Source of the DNA: the human T2T-CHM13v2.0 reference genome, Homo sapiens
Assembly (NCBI RefSeq): GCF_009914755.1
Contig: NC_060926.1
Length of the DNA stretch: 64,000 nt
Reading direction: 5' to 3' (one strand)
In this document: one piece after another, positions 1-13,166 of the stretch
Layout: each line of letters opens with the position of its first letter
Numbering within the stretch: position 1 is the stretch's first letter
Position numbers and translations under genes: made by a program
Notes under the pieces: generated by a model
Database searches by the model: none
The model's input: only the letters and a program-made list of their open reading frames with translations
Told to the model about the DNA's origin: nothing

Positions 1-2173
1 TAAAAAATAAATTGAAATTATTTAAAATTTTAATTTAACTTTCTTTTGGACATAAAAACAACATGATTCCTATCCTGAATGACATCTAATGAGAAATTAG
101 TTTATTTATTTAACAAGATTATACTGGCACCCTGACCACTGATGTTTAATTAGAAGCTGATTGCTTATTATTGTCAATTTCATACCTTAGATGTTTCCAA
201 GGGGGTGCTCACACCTTTTGAAATATATTTTCACTTTGAGAGAGTTAATAATTATTCACTGACAGACTGACTAAAAACTAGCATAATAAAACAAAAATAT
301 TTCTCTGCTTTCAGAAGAAATGAGAGATCTTTAGCATTGAATATTTATTATTAGGGAATAAGGTACCCCACATCAAATTTGATAGGAAGAAGTATCAGAC
401 TTTTTTATATGACATTGATTGTTAAGAGAAGGACTTGCCTTGGCTGGTTACATGGCTAAAAGTGTGATATTGAAAATATTGAACAACTGGTACAATATGC
501 TTACTAACCAACCAGGCTGAAAATCAGCACCTCATGGTTGGCTCAATAAATGTTAGTGTGTGGTCTGGACTAAATATAGGCTCCATCCTAGGTGAGTGAG
601 CATAAATTAATGTTGTTTTTCCATCAGCTTAAAGGGTCAACATCGAGAATTATACCTAGATTGAGTAAACACTATGTTGACTTGCTCACCAGTGAATAAA
701 ACCTCTTTTTAATATCGAATGATTTTTTTCTGGGATAATTCTTATGAGATAACAGTACCTAGCACACAGACCCTGCTTAGTATCATTACTGATCCTTATG
801 CAGTAAACAAGGGTGCAGGCAAAATAACTGCTGTCTTTTGTCAATTAAATAAAAATGTTGAATAATTTTGCCAAAATTTTGAATGTGTAAAATCAAGTAA
901 AAATGAAAATCTACATGAACTTGTTCACTACTCATTGGCCAGGCACAGCTGAGCTTTGCTGCCTCAGATCCTGTTTACTCTGGGGTCTCTACAAAGGCAG
1001 TTTCCAATAGGGGCAGACTGCAGAGGGGACAATTCAGGGAGCATATGCTGCTTACCTCACTGGCCTAAGAATGTATGTTTGTCATTATAAATATAGAAAT
1101 GACAAATTTTATTTGTGTAGTAAATCATAGTCTGTAAAACTCTTTCATATGAGCTAGTTCAAATGTCACCTTTGTGAAGGCTTTATTTTTTTCTTTCTTT
1201 TAGGTTATTCCAATAATTTATCTATACCATTATCTCATATATTCCATTTCACTATATTCTTAAGAATCTTCTCTTTCACTGGCTGTGATAAAAGAGCACA
1301 AGTCACTCATTCATCTTTTTCTCTACATGTGTAGTTTGGTGCTTGGTACCGTAGGTACCTTATAAATTTGTTTTTTCATATTTTTAATCATTGGTTTCCT
1401 TAATTTGTACTCATTGCTAAGTTTTTGAATTTTTTTCTTTTTATTCTTTTTTATTTTTCACTAAGTTTTTTTTGTTGTTAAGAATATAACCCAATTAACT
1501 CTTATTTGTTCCTGAAGATAAGAGAAATATGTGATGGTTATATTCTAGGTTTCAGATTTTAATTAAACTGAGATTTATATGTAAAAATACATAAGCATGC
1601 AAACAAATACTGCAAAGGGCAGGGAAATAGCATCACTTTGAGTTATTAAGAGAGATATTTTTGTATTTAAGATCCCCATTGTGTTTTTCAGCTGTATTTA
1701 GTAAGGTTAGTAAAGGAAATAGGAATTGGTAAAAGATCAGATATAAGATTTTGACATTGTTTTTAAGCTGCAAGTGTCAAAAAGTTGAATAAATTTATGA
1801 TAACACCAAAAACTGTCATTGGGTATCCAGTTAAATGCACACAGAAAGATGAGTTTAGGAAAAATCAGACCTATGTCTTGTGCTGAACAGGGAAATGGAC
1901 TGGTGGAACTAATTGACACTTTAGGTAGAAATGGAATAATGGAGACTAGACTTTCTGGTGCCTGAATTGAGTATAAATGTGGACTTTGATTTTTAGACAG
2001 AGGAGCAGCGACAGGATGCGTTTCAGATACAGGAAGACTTTGGCTTTATCACCTGGCTAGGCTCATGATAGGGAAGGTGTTGGTACCACAGCATAAATGC
2101 TGAGTCAATCTAATGGCCATATCTCTGGCTATTGATATACAATGACATGAGACAAAAACTGAGTTATAAGTGC

Positions 2174-2594
2174 TGTTAAACAAAGTTTATGGGAGGTCAT
2201 TATTTTGGACTAGACTCCTGCCCTATGCCTTAGCAGACCAGACAAAACAAAAATGTAGTCACTCATGCTAGATGACTCAGGTAAATCCCCAAAGAGACCA
2301 GTTTTTCCTGAAAACAGGAGATTCCCAGCAACCAGTCAGAAGGAATCTAGTCTACCTGAGTTCTTTCTGCTTTAACCCTTGGAAGAAAACTGACATTTAG
2401 TAACCTGATATTATCCAATGTGATTTTTAAAATTGCTGTTTCCTTGTTCCCATCTTACAAAAACCAATCACTTTGTCATGTCCAGTGAAACACTCATTCT
2501 ATTTCATACAGTGGGGTGTTGCCAGCTTCTAGAATTGCTAAATGAAGCCAATTAGATGTTGAAACTAAGTTTCTTGTAATTTTGTCTTTTAACA
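2174..2594 (+). mobile_element. Solo ERV1 LTR, MER4 group (MER31/MER67-like)
   Basis: TG..CA termini with inverted ends tgttaaa...tttaaca. 5' end tgttaaacaaagtttatgggaggtcattattttggact resembles MER31/MER67 as recalled. Flanks gtgc/atgc fit a 4-bp TSD with one mismatch. Confidence 0.7.
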
Positions 2595-3258
2595 ATGCAG
2601 AAAGTCCTATTTTCCCTATCTTCTGTGGAGAATCTTCCAGACAAGTATGGTGCTTGCTCTTTACAGGGATGTGAGAACCCATTGGCTGCTGGCATTTGTT
2701 ATGAGCTAATTTAGCCTAGCTGAACATACTTAAAAAATCACAATAGTTAATGTCCTCATTACTGTGTCAGACTTTTCATTTTGTGAGATGGATATAGTAA
2801 GCAGGAAGAATAAAACATTGCTCGAGTAAGATTTTTACTCAGAAGCTTTTTCAAAGGAGGCCATAAATTATAATGTAAAAGAACATTGTACTCACTGCAT
2901 AGTGACCTGGTTCTGAAAGCAAAGCTTTTCTTTGATAGCTAGAGAACAACTAATTCTAAAGATCAAAATACTTGTTATCATAGTAAGAAACACAAACCTG
3001 TGCCTGTGTATGTATTATTTTCCCAATTTTTCCTTTATATTTTATTCTCTGTTACCTCAGTGTTCAAAAACTAAAATGAGCCATGTGGACAGTAATATCC
3101 TTATGTTCTATTCTGGGTAACCAGATGGTTTGTTTTCAAGACCCTCAAACATTTTCTTCACTGCCCTGCTATCTCCTTTGAGGTGGCTCTTCTGGTTTCT
3201 CTTTCTCTCTAGTTCCTTGAGTTTGTGGCAATATGACAAGATAAACAGTTGACTACAG

Positions 3259-3466
3259 CAGGGGCTGGCAAACTAAGACCTGCAGGCCAAATCTAGCTCC
3301 TGGCCTATCTTTGTATTGCCTGCAAGATAAGAAAAGTTTTCATACTTTGAAAGGATTGTAAAAAAAAACACAAAACAAAGGAAGATATGCAACAGAGACC
3401 ATAGCTGGTCAGAAATTCCTAAAGTACATACTACCTGGCTTTTTATAGAAAGTTTGCCAACCCTTC
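3259..3466 (+). mobile_element. MER58C-like hAT-Charlie MITE
   Basis: TIRs caggggctggcaaact...agtttgccaacccttc; 8-bp TSD gactacag (3251-3258) / cactacag (3467-3474). Confidence 0.85.
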
Positions 3467-3667
3467 CACTACAGAATAAAGTGCAAATACCTTAGCTTGC
3501 CATCTTTCTGCCACAGCCTCCTCTTCAAACTTCACATGCAGTCTTGATTCCTGTAGCTACATCAAACATCCTTCAGTTCCTGCAAGACTGCATTCCACTC
3601 CCACCATGCCACACTTTTGTGCAAATCTTGCTCCTTGGAACATCCTCCACTTTATCCTGCGTCTTTT

Positions 3668-6600
3668 TTTCTTTTTTAAATTTGTGCTTAAATTTTTGTG
3701 GGTACAAAGTAGGTGTATATATTTATGGGATACATGAGATATTTTGATACAGGCATTCAATGTGTAGTAATCCCATGAGGGTAAACAGGTATCCACCTCA
3801 AGCATTTATCTTTTCTTTGTGTTACAAACATTCTATTATACTCTTTTTATTATTTTAAATGTATAATAAATTATTGACTATGGTCACTCTGTTGTGCTAT
3901 CAAATATTAGATCTTATTCATTTTATCTAACTATATTTTGCACCCATTAACTATCTCCAGTCTCCCCCAACCCCCACATCCCTACTACCCTTTCCAGCCT
4001 CTGATAATCATCCTTCTACTCTTTATCTTCATGATTTCAATTGTTTTAATTTTCAGCTTCCATAGATCAGTGAGAATGTGCAATGTTGTCTTTCTGTGCC
4101 TGGCTTATTTCATTCAGCATAATGACCTCCTCATATATGTTCATTCAGCATAATGACCTCTCATACATGTTGTTGCAAATGATGACAGGATTTTATTCTT
4201 TTTTATGGCTGAATAGTACTCCATTGTGTATGTGTACCACATTTTGTTTATTGATTCATCTGTTGTTGGATACTTAGGTTGCTTCCAAATCTTGGCTACT
4301 GTGAATAGTGCTGCAATGAACATGAGAGTGCTGATATGTCTTTGATATTCTTTTGGGTATACATCTAGCAGTGGGATGGCTGGATTGTATGGCAGCTTCA
4401 TTTTGTAGTTTTTTGAGGAACCTCCAGACTGTTCTAAGTGGTTGTACTAATTTTAATTCCCATCAGCATTGTGGGGTCCCTTTTCTCCAAATCCTCACCA
4501 GCGTTTGTTATTGCCTGTCTTTTGGATATAAGCCATTTTAAATGGGGTGAGATGATATCTCATTGTGGTTTTTATTTGCATTTCTCTGATGATCAATAAC
4601 AATATTGAGCACCTTTTCATATGCCTGTTTGCCATTCATCACGACCAAGCAGGATTTATCCCAGGTATGCAAAAGATGGTTCAGCATATGCAAATCAATC
4701 AATGTGATACATCATATCAACTAAACGAAGTACAAAACCATATGATCATTTCAGTTGATGCTGAAAAGACATTTGATAAAATTCAACATCCTTTAATGAT
4801 ACATACGCTCAAAAAAACTAGGTATAGCAGCTACTCCTGCTCTTTTTTGGTTTCCATTGCCATGGAACATCTTTTCCCAGGCCTTTATTTTCAGTCTGTT
4901 TGTGTCTTTATAGGTGAAGTATGTTTCTTGTAGGCAACAGATCACTGGGTCTTGTTTTTTTATCTATTCAGCCACTCTGTCTTTTGATTGGAGACTAGTC
5001 CATTTACAATCAATGTTGTTATTAATAAGTAAGAACTTACTCTTGGCATTTTGTAATTTGTCTTCTAGTTGCTTTGTAATCCTCTCTTCCTTCCTTCTTT
5101 CCTTCTTGTCTTCCTTTTAGTGAAGATGATTTTTCTCTTGCGGTATGTTTTGATTTCTTGTGTTTTTGTGTGTGTGTGTGTTTCTGTTGTACGTTTTTTG
5201 TTCAGGTTATCATGAGGCTTGCAACTAATAAGTTATAACCCATTATTTTAAACTGATGACAACTTAACACTAATTGCATAAACAAACAAGCACAGAGTAC
5301 TTTTTGGTGACTGCAGCCACGTCTGCATTAGGGGACACTCCAAACTCAGTAATGCTGTGGCTCTTTCAAACTTGTAGAGGTATCACCTTGGTTATCTTGG
5401 GTAAAATCTGGAAAAATTTTCTGAATTACCAGGCAGAGACCCATTGTTTTCCTTCCTTTCTTCCAAACAAATAGAGTTGAGGGGTGCCACAATCAACCCT
5501 GTGGCCACCATCACTGTGATTGTTTTGGGTCAGACCTGAAGTCAGCACAGCACTGGGTCTCATCCAAGGCCTGCAGTAAACACTGCCTGGCTATTGCCTT
5601 TGTTTGTTCAAAGCTCTAGGGCTCTACAATCAGCAGGTAGTAAAGCCAGCCAGGCTTGTGACCTTCCTTTCAGGGCAGAGAGATCCCCCTGACCCTGCGG
5701 TGTGTCCAGAGATGCCATCTGGGAGCCAGGGCCTGGAGTTGGAGACCTTAGGAATCTACCTTGTACTCTATTCTACTGCAGCTGAGCGGCACCCCAGCCA
5801 CAAGACAAAGTCCTTCCCACTCTTCCCTCCTCTTCTCATAAGCAGAGGTATCTCTTCCTATGGCCACCACTGCCCCAGGTCTGCAGTGAGTTCTGCATGG
5901 CTACCACTGGTGTCCACTCAAGGCCCAAGAGCTCTTCAATATGCTTGTGGTGAATGATTCCAGGCCTGGGACTCTCCCTTCAGGGCAGTGTGTGCTTCCC
6001 TGTGGCTCAGGGCAAGTCTAGAAATTCCATCCAGGAGCCAAGGCCTGGAATCAGGAACTCTGGAAGCCTGCTTAGTGTTCTACCCCCCTGTGGCTGAGCT
6101 GATACCTAAGCTGCAAGACAAAGTCCTATTAAGTCTTCCCTCTGCTTTTCTCAAGCACTCAGAGTCTCTCCTCATAGCTACCACAACTGCCAACATGCTG
6201 GGTGACACCTGAAGCCAGCACATCTCAGAGTCTCACTGAAGGCCCACAGCGTGTACTATACCTGGTTGCTGTTGCTGCTTATTCAGGGCCCAGTGGCTCT
6301 TTAGTCAGCAAATAATGAATTCTCCCAGGACTTGGTTTTTCCCTTTAAGGCAGTGGGTTTCCTTCTGGCCTAAGGTATGTCTAGAAATGTCATCTGGGAG
6401 CTAGGGCCTGGGATGGGGGCCTCAAAACTCTACCTGGTGCCCTGTCCTATTGTGACTGAACTGGTGTCCGAATTGCATGAGAAAAACCTCTTTATTGTTT
6501 CCTCCAGCAATAGAAAAGAGTTTCTCCTAGAGCATGAGCTGTACTGCCTGGGGTTGGGGGAGGGGTGGTGCAAGCACTCCCTTGGCTGCCCCACCTGGTG

Positions 6601-7204
6601 TCTTCCTGGGTCACATAGACCCCAACTTCAATTGTTCCAGGCCCAGCACAGCACCAGGACTTGTCTAGGAGCTCTAGACCTTGTGGCCTGACTGCTTTGC
6701 AAGTTTATTTAGGTCCTCAGGGCACTTTTAGCCTGTGGTGGGCAAGGCTTGCCAGAACTCAGGTTCTAACCACTGGAATGGACAATTCCTCTTTGGCTGG
6801 TGCTGGCCTATATGGTCCTTCTGTGGGTGCCGGCTGAGCTCTGCCCTGTGCTGCTTTCCACCTGTGACAGGGCAGCACTTGGTTCCAATGCAAAGGCCCA
6901 TAGTCACTGCACTCTCCCTCCGCCAAGCCTAAAGATTCTCTCTCTCTGCCACGCCACCATTGCTGGTGGATATGGGAGGGGTGCCATTGACTATTCAAGA
7001 CTGTTTTTCCTACCCTTGTCAGTGACTCTTTCAGTGATATATGTTTAAAATCAGGTACTGTGATTGCTCAGCTGATATTTCGTTCTTATGAAGGTTTTTT
7101 TTTTTTCTTTTTAATTTCGTGGATAGTTTTAAAATTTGGTTTTCCTGCAGGGAGGATGACGGATAGAGGCTTCTAGTTGTCTATCTTGCTCTACCCTTTC
7201 TCCC
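3668..7204 (-). mobile_element. L1MA (L1MA1-4-like) with both termini, internal deletions and an inverted internal segment
   Basis: T-rich tail and L1MA 3'UTR from 3668. ORF2 C-terminal peptide LPYNPAIPLLDVYPKE (4141-4401). EN start and inter-ORF spacer ~4822-5290. GC-richer 5'UTR ~5292-7204 beginning gggagaaagggtagagcaagat on the minus strand. TSD tatcctgcgtctttt / taacctgcatctttt. Confidence 0.85.
4633..4827 (+). mobile_element. Inverted L1 ORF2 reverse-transcriptase fragment inside the minus-strand L1MA
   Basis: Translates on + to [12 protein letters not shown]...[19 protein letters not shown], the L1 RT motif, opposite in orientation to the flanking L1. Confidence 0.9.
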
Positions 7205-7670
7205 TAACCTGCATCTTTTGTGATCTGTACTTGTGTAATTTACCTATTTTATCCTCATTTCTCTGAAAATGGCAATGTATACAATACTGGTTTATAATAA
7301 ATATTATCTGATAAATAAATGAATCTTGTCAAATAAATACTATCTAGCCAGAGAGGGAATTGTAGATACTAAAAAGAAAGCCAGTGAAAATCTGTGGTTT
7401 CTGTTGTATTGGTCATGCAGCTGTTGTTGACAGCTCTCTTCTCATCCTGCCTTGGTTATTTACTACCAGCATAAATAATGCAGTGTTCATTTTTTGATCT
7501 TTCTTTTCTCATTTGTGTTTTATTGATATATATTTTTTTCCAAGGCAGAGAAAAAAATAAAGCCCAGGATCTTGAAGATTAGTGGCTCAGTCTTCTAAGC
7601 AATGATGGAAAAGAAAGATAGCATTTCAGGAAGAAAAAGCTACTTGTAACAGCAAATGATTTTGCAAGGG

Positions 7671-7748
7671 AGATATATATTATATATATAGATATAGATA
7701 TAGATATATATTATATATATAGATATAGATATATATTAGATAATATAT
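7671..7748. repeat. (TA)n/(GATATA)n compound microsatellite
   Basis: agatatatattatatatatagatatagatatagatatata... seen directly. Confidence 0.9.
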
Positions 7749-9159
7749 TCATTATGGGAAAGAATTAAGATTGTTAGACACAATTGGCCAGTTTAAAGCC
7801 CTGTCTATCACTAGGGCTACATTGAGAAACCTACTGTGGTTACCCTGATAGTACACACAAAGATAAAGGGAATTTAATGCACTTAGATACAAATAAGAAC
7901 AATAAATTTTTTTCTCAAATCAAAAGGAAAAGAATGAAAATGAATTCGTTTGGCAGCCTACCAGCTATGAGAATTAGAGTTTGGAATGAAACTAAGATAA
8001 TTAGTGTATGTGTTTGGTTACAATAAAGATGCAGTAATTTAGCACTAATCCTGAAAAAGTGATACAATATTCTAATGTGAAATCAGGAGAGGGATGCTAA
8101 ATATTGACAGGAGGACCAAAAGGGAGTAGGAAATGAAGTAAACCTAGTACCATAAGGTTAAAAAACACAAAAATTCTTAAATGATGGTTTAGAAATCATA
8201 AAATTAAAAAGCAGGTAAGCCATTCTTTCCATCCTTAAATCTTATGTTTGTAACATTCTTGTAACTTTAAGCTATTCAATCGCAGTTCTTGTTCATTGCC
8301 TGCTTTCCCCTGACCTTTAAGGAATCTGTGATTACAACTCTGCCTCTATATTTTCCCATTTTAGAGCTACCCAGTAGAGCTGTTCTTTAGTCAACATAAG
8401 GCCTTTATTTGTTATTCTGACTTTCCAGAATTTCATCTGTGACCCCCCTTTTTTTCCTAGAAAAATCTGTTTCAACCTTTGGCATCAAAGTTAATCTTTC
8501 TGTGGCCAGTAAAAGTAGGAAAGTGTCAGATTCCATTCACCTTGATCTCCTTGAAAATCCAGCTATCTCATTTACCTATTTATCATCCTTAAAGTAGAAG
8601 GTAATTGGTGCTTTTATTTTTATTAAGATTCACCTTTCATTGATCATTTAAAGAGCATCAAAATAGATAGTATCATTGTCTTTTTGGGATGTGAGGTCAA
8701 CAAGTTGTTACATGGCTGGCACTATGCTAACATTGTATATTTTATTTTTTTACTTGCTTGGAAAATTTCTGACCTCATTTGAATAATGAGAAAGAAACCT
8801 TAATAAGAGCTTTTAAAATGCATTTTATTTAATATTCTGATTCATACATTCACCAAATTAATATCCAATTCAAAAGGAAAACATGTCCAATTTTTCAGTT
8901 AAGTCCGATGGACCTTTACTGGGTATTAATCTTATTTAGTTTTGCTCTAAGTAATTTGATGTGTTTTCTTCGGAAACTTTGGACATTGCATTTAAATGAT
9001 ACTGTGAAGTTCCTTGTGGAACTTAGGGAAGAAGGTTCTAAATGTTACCAATCAAACCTGTCTATGAACCTTTTTACAACTGTTGTTCATGCTATCAATT
9101 ATACTTGGTGACCCAGGAGATGCTGCTCTTTCTTTCACATTTAACCATTCAGGGGTATA

Positions 9160-9670
9160 TAGATATAGTAGTCAGCAAGCTTGCCTGCACAGCCATTAGC
9201 CGTGGTCTGGTGCAGATTGCTGCTCCTACCCCCACTGGCCACTCTCTTTGAGCCAACTGGCCAAGAGCGGTCACCGTGACACAGATCAACCATTCAGACT
9301 CATGGAGGTATAAGTTTGAATTGTCAGATTCTCTCCTTGGTGCTTTGTATTAGGAAATATGAGTAATTCTAACAATTCAAAATGGAGGATAAAACAAAAA
9401 GGATGCAAAAAAGAGAACGGCATACTAGGGTTGGGGTCATGAGGATTTATGGAAAACAAGTTATAATGTATCACATTTTCCCAAAGTTGGAATGAGAAAC
9501 CGTGTGACCTCTGGGTATGGCTGAGAGGGCAGTTTCCTGAGTTTCCTTGTTTGATGAAGGTCCAATTCCAGTTTCAGTTTATTTAGCTTTACAACTCCCC
9601 TCCCCCATCCCCAATTCTTTTGTTACCTGAGGTAACTTACGTTCCTTGTAGTCAAAAAATTGACCAGAAA
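9160..9670 (+). mobile_element. Old MaLR LTR (MLT1L/K-like), degenerate
   Basis: 3' end tgaggtaacttacgttccttgtagtcaaaa resembles the recalled MLT1L terminus; the body is highly diverged. Confidence 0.35.
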
Positions 9671-10367
9671 GAAATGAAATACTTGTCATTTAGACCTTCC
9701 TCCCTGAGCAAGATATCAATGCATTCCATCTTGTGATGCTGCTCTGGGCTTGTGAACTGTGCATGCCGTCAGTGTGTGCTGTGAACAAGGATCTGACAGG
9801 CGGCCATTATCCATTCAGGGAATGTCATGCTCTTTCTGCTTTCCCTTGGACAGCTGGTCCCCAAAGAATTGTAGCACTGTCAAAATTTAAACATTGCCCA
9901 GCTCTTTTAAAATGTCCTTATGTGAGAAACATGCGGTCTCTTTGCACTTAATAGGCACTCTAGCTATTTTGGAATTGAAATGAATTGCATGTGTATCGAA
10001 TGGTTAGTTTCCCCTGTGTGAGGAAAATAACACCAGTTGAACTTGTTTTTGGTTAGTGGAGGGACAAAGGCTCTACTTTGTCCCCATCCTGACCTCGAGG
10101 TTCCAGGCTTGCACCTTGCTTCCTAGAAAGGTAAAAGCCCATATAGCTCAAGATACTTGGAATTATTTGCGGGGGAGGTGTTGTCCTCTCTAAAGTCTCT
10201 AGAATGTGGACTTGCTGGTTTTTTCCTGTCTCCTGACAGTCCATAGCCTTTTGTCAGTGTTGGTATTCCTTAAGCCTTGGACGGCGAATATTTGTAATAC
10301 ATCAAAACTTCTGGGCATAGGAAAGATAGTACTAAACGTGCAGAATGAATCAGGTTGCAATTATATA

Positions 10368-10635
10368 TAGTCAGCCCTCCATGATTCTGCACCCACAGAT
10401 TTTACCAAATGCAGATTGAAAATATTTTTTAAAAAACAATAAAAGTAATATAATAAAAAATATAAATAAAATCTCTTTACATAGCATTTACATTGTATTA
10501 GGTATCATAAGTAATCTAGAGATAATTTAAAGCATATGAGAGAATGTGCTTTAGGTTATATGCAAATACTCATTGGTTTTGGTATCTGAGGGTTGATCCT
10601 AGAATCAATACTCTGGGAATAGTGAGGGACAACTA
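10368..10635 (-). mobile_element. MER2 (TcMar-Tigger) MITE
   Basis: catagcatttacattgtattaggtatcataagtaatctagagat core; degenerate TIRs flanked by TA. Confidence 0.85.
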
Positions 10636-10794
10636 TATGAGCATTTTTATTAAGTTTACAAACTCCATTCAAGCTTGTGAGTTTCTTTCTTTCTTTTTCT
10701 TTTTTACTTAGGAGGATCCCATTTTCTAGGTGCATTTATTTCATGAAGAGAGGCATCTGGTAAATATGTAAAGAAGGGTATAAATAATGCCCTT

Positions 10795-10965
10795 AAGTAG
10801 GCATTGTGCTTTATCTCATTTAATCCTTGTAAGAATACTACCAAGTAGATATTCTTACTTGTATTTAGTAATGAAAAAATTGAGACCTAGAGTTCTTGAT
10901 GAACATTGCTCAAGGTCTACTAAGAGACAGATTTGAAACCACATCTGACTTATTTCAAAGCCTGT
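10795..10965 (-). mobile_element. MIR SINE
   Basis: ctcatttaatcct...gaaaaaattgagacctagag...gctcaaggtc antisense MIR core. Confidence 0.65.
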
Positions 10966-11964
10966 AATAATTTCACCCTGTTACAAAGATATTGGAATAC
11001 AAATAACTCATCCCAAAATTAGTTTAAAGTGCCTTTAGAACTTCCATTCAGTTTCTTTTTTTACGTAAAATTGATAAAAAGAATAAAAACTCATCTTCAC
11101 CAATATTTCATTTCTTAACAAAAAAGAGAAAATTTCAAAACTTGGGGACATTGGTCATGAGTAACAGCAGGCTTCCAAGGGTATAACTCATTGTTCCTGA
11201 ACAGGTGGTAGTAGAAATGATTTTTCTGTTGCCTTAGCTCAAAGTAATTGCATATCTATCTATTTATCAGAGCAATTAATCAGAGACTCAAGTAATCAAA
11301 GCAGCAGCCAGAATTCCCATGTTGGACTTCTATGTTATATTCACCAGTTCTCAGCACTTAAAATGATTTCTTACCCAAGAAGTCTAAATCACATGACCAA
11401 GTATCAGCCATGCTAAGGATGATTTACCCATCCCTGAGAATGCATTTCAGATGACTTTGCAGGAAATATAAAGAAAAATGATTACAGTAAAGATATTTTT
11501 AAACCAAAAAGCATTCAATAGTTTATATAGAATGGCACTCTTGGGCCCTACATTTATAGGGTACAAATTATGTTTTTTTTAGGAGCAATGGGTATAATAT
11601 TCAATTAATTTAATAAAAAAGAAAGCTTTTTTGAAACCATCTTTGTTTAAAACTGTACACTTTTATGTGACTCAGAATTTGCATAATGACCATTTTCCTT
11701 AGCTGTCTGTAAATTGGTAGGAAAAAAATGACAAACCCATGGCTTCTAGGAACTGATATTCAAAAATCAGAATTGTCTTTGACCAGAATGTTGAACTGTA
11801 GGATTCTGAATGGGAAATGGTTTTTAGAGAGTCAAAATAAGTTATAATATTAAGCAGTAATTAAAAATTCAATTATTTAGTTGCCTAAAGCATTCATCAG
11901 AGTCAAATTGAGGTTGAAAGAACTTGAATTTTGGAAGCTGGGTGCAAGGCTTGAAAGGCTACTG

Positions 11965-12250
11965 TAAGGTGTCACCTCATGAGTATATTGTGTTAGGCCT
12001 GCACAATGTTTTGAAATTAAAACACAACGAGAGGATTTCACATAAAAATCAGGAGTTTTGCTTTTCTTGAAAAAAAAGCAAAAGATGTGGCAATACAGGG
12101 CCTATTGTGCCTTTCAGCTGAGGTGAGTGCTTTTGAGTTCTCCACATTCCCTTCCACTCAAATAATGTATATGCGAATTCTCCTCCACAGCTGACTTAAC
12201 TCATTTAAAGTTACATGACTAGCCCTGTAGGCACTTGAGTTTCAACCCAT
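11965..12250 (-). mobile_element. MER102-like hAT-Charlie element
   Basis: gaggatttcacataaaaatc and actcatttaaagttacatgactagccctgtaggcacttgagtt match recalled antisense MER102. Confidence 0.65.
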
Positions 12251-12763
12251 ATTTAAGGCCTGCTTACTGCTAGTTCCCAGAACACACAGTTATTCATGAC
12301 TTCTGTTTTTCAAGACATTTTCTCAATCTTCAGGAGATTATTATTAATAGTATTATAATTTGGCTCTATTAATATCTTAGACACTTTTTGAAATCATACT
12401 GAGCCCTTGATGTGAAGAATATATAAAACAGAAAATAGTGACATTAAAATTATGAAATTTGGTAGTATTTTCTGTTGTGAGAGATTTATACATTGAGATA
12501 TGTTTGTATGTATATGTTGGGACCGTTTGGACTATAGGAGGAGAATGCAACAAAAAATCTCAGTTCTACAAAGCAATTAATTACTAAAAGGTTGAGAATG
12601 CAACAGGTAATTCTATGCTATAGAATTACTCATCCTCCCAATGCCCACCTTCTCCTCCCTGCAAAATTAAATAAGGCCAAAGCAATGCATAATAATGAGA
12701 TGCTGAAATAAAAAGTGTATCCCACTATATGTTTGGCATATTAGAACTAGATATAGACTAGGA

Positions 12764-12836
12764 TAGGGTTTTCAGGTTTAGGAGATAAAAAATACAGGAC
12801 ACATAATTAAATTTGAATTTCAGATAAAAAACAAAT
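12764..12836 (+). mobile_element. MER53 (hAT) left arm, interrupted by Tigger4b
   Basis: tagggtt...aaaatacaggacac...aaatttgaatttcagataaa matches the recalled MER53 start. Confidence 0.75.
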
Positions 12837-12837
12837 A

Positions 12838-13046
12838 CAAGTTGAGCATCTCTAATCCAAAATTCCAAAATTCATAATGCTCCAAAATCTGAAAGATTTT
12901 GAACACCTACATCATGCCACAAGTGGAAAATTCCACACCTGACCCCACATGTTAGGGTGCAGTCAATATGCAGTCACAACTTTGTTTCACGCAAAAAAGA
13001 AATATTGTATAAAATTACTTTCAGGCTATGCATAGAAGAAACATAA
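12838..13046 (+). mobile_element. Tigger4b/MER46B (Zombi), left part
   Basis: ta|caagttgagcatctctaatccaaaa...gccacaagtggaaaattccacacctgacc...ttcaggctatg. Confidence 0.85.
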
Positions 13047-13166
13047 GTGCTCATGGATAGGAAGGATCACTATCATAAAAATGACCATGTTGCCCAAGTA
13101 ATTTATAGATTCAGTGCTATTCTCATTAAAGTACCATTGATATTCATCACAGAATTAGAAAAAACT

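Noticed and set aside
1078-1106. Hairpin tttgtcatt-N11-aatgacaaa
   Set aside because: A 9-bp AT-rich stem with a loop is expected by chance in 64 kb.
4565-4933. 122-aa ORF with RT motifs
   Set aside because: Chance read-through across the inversion junctions of a dead L1.
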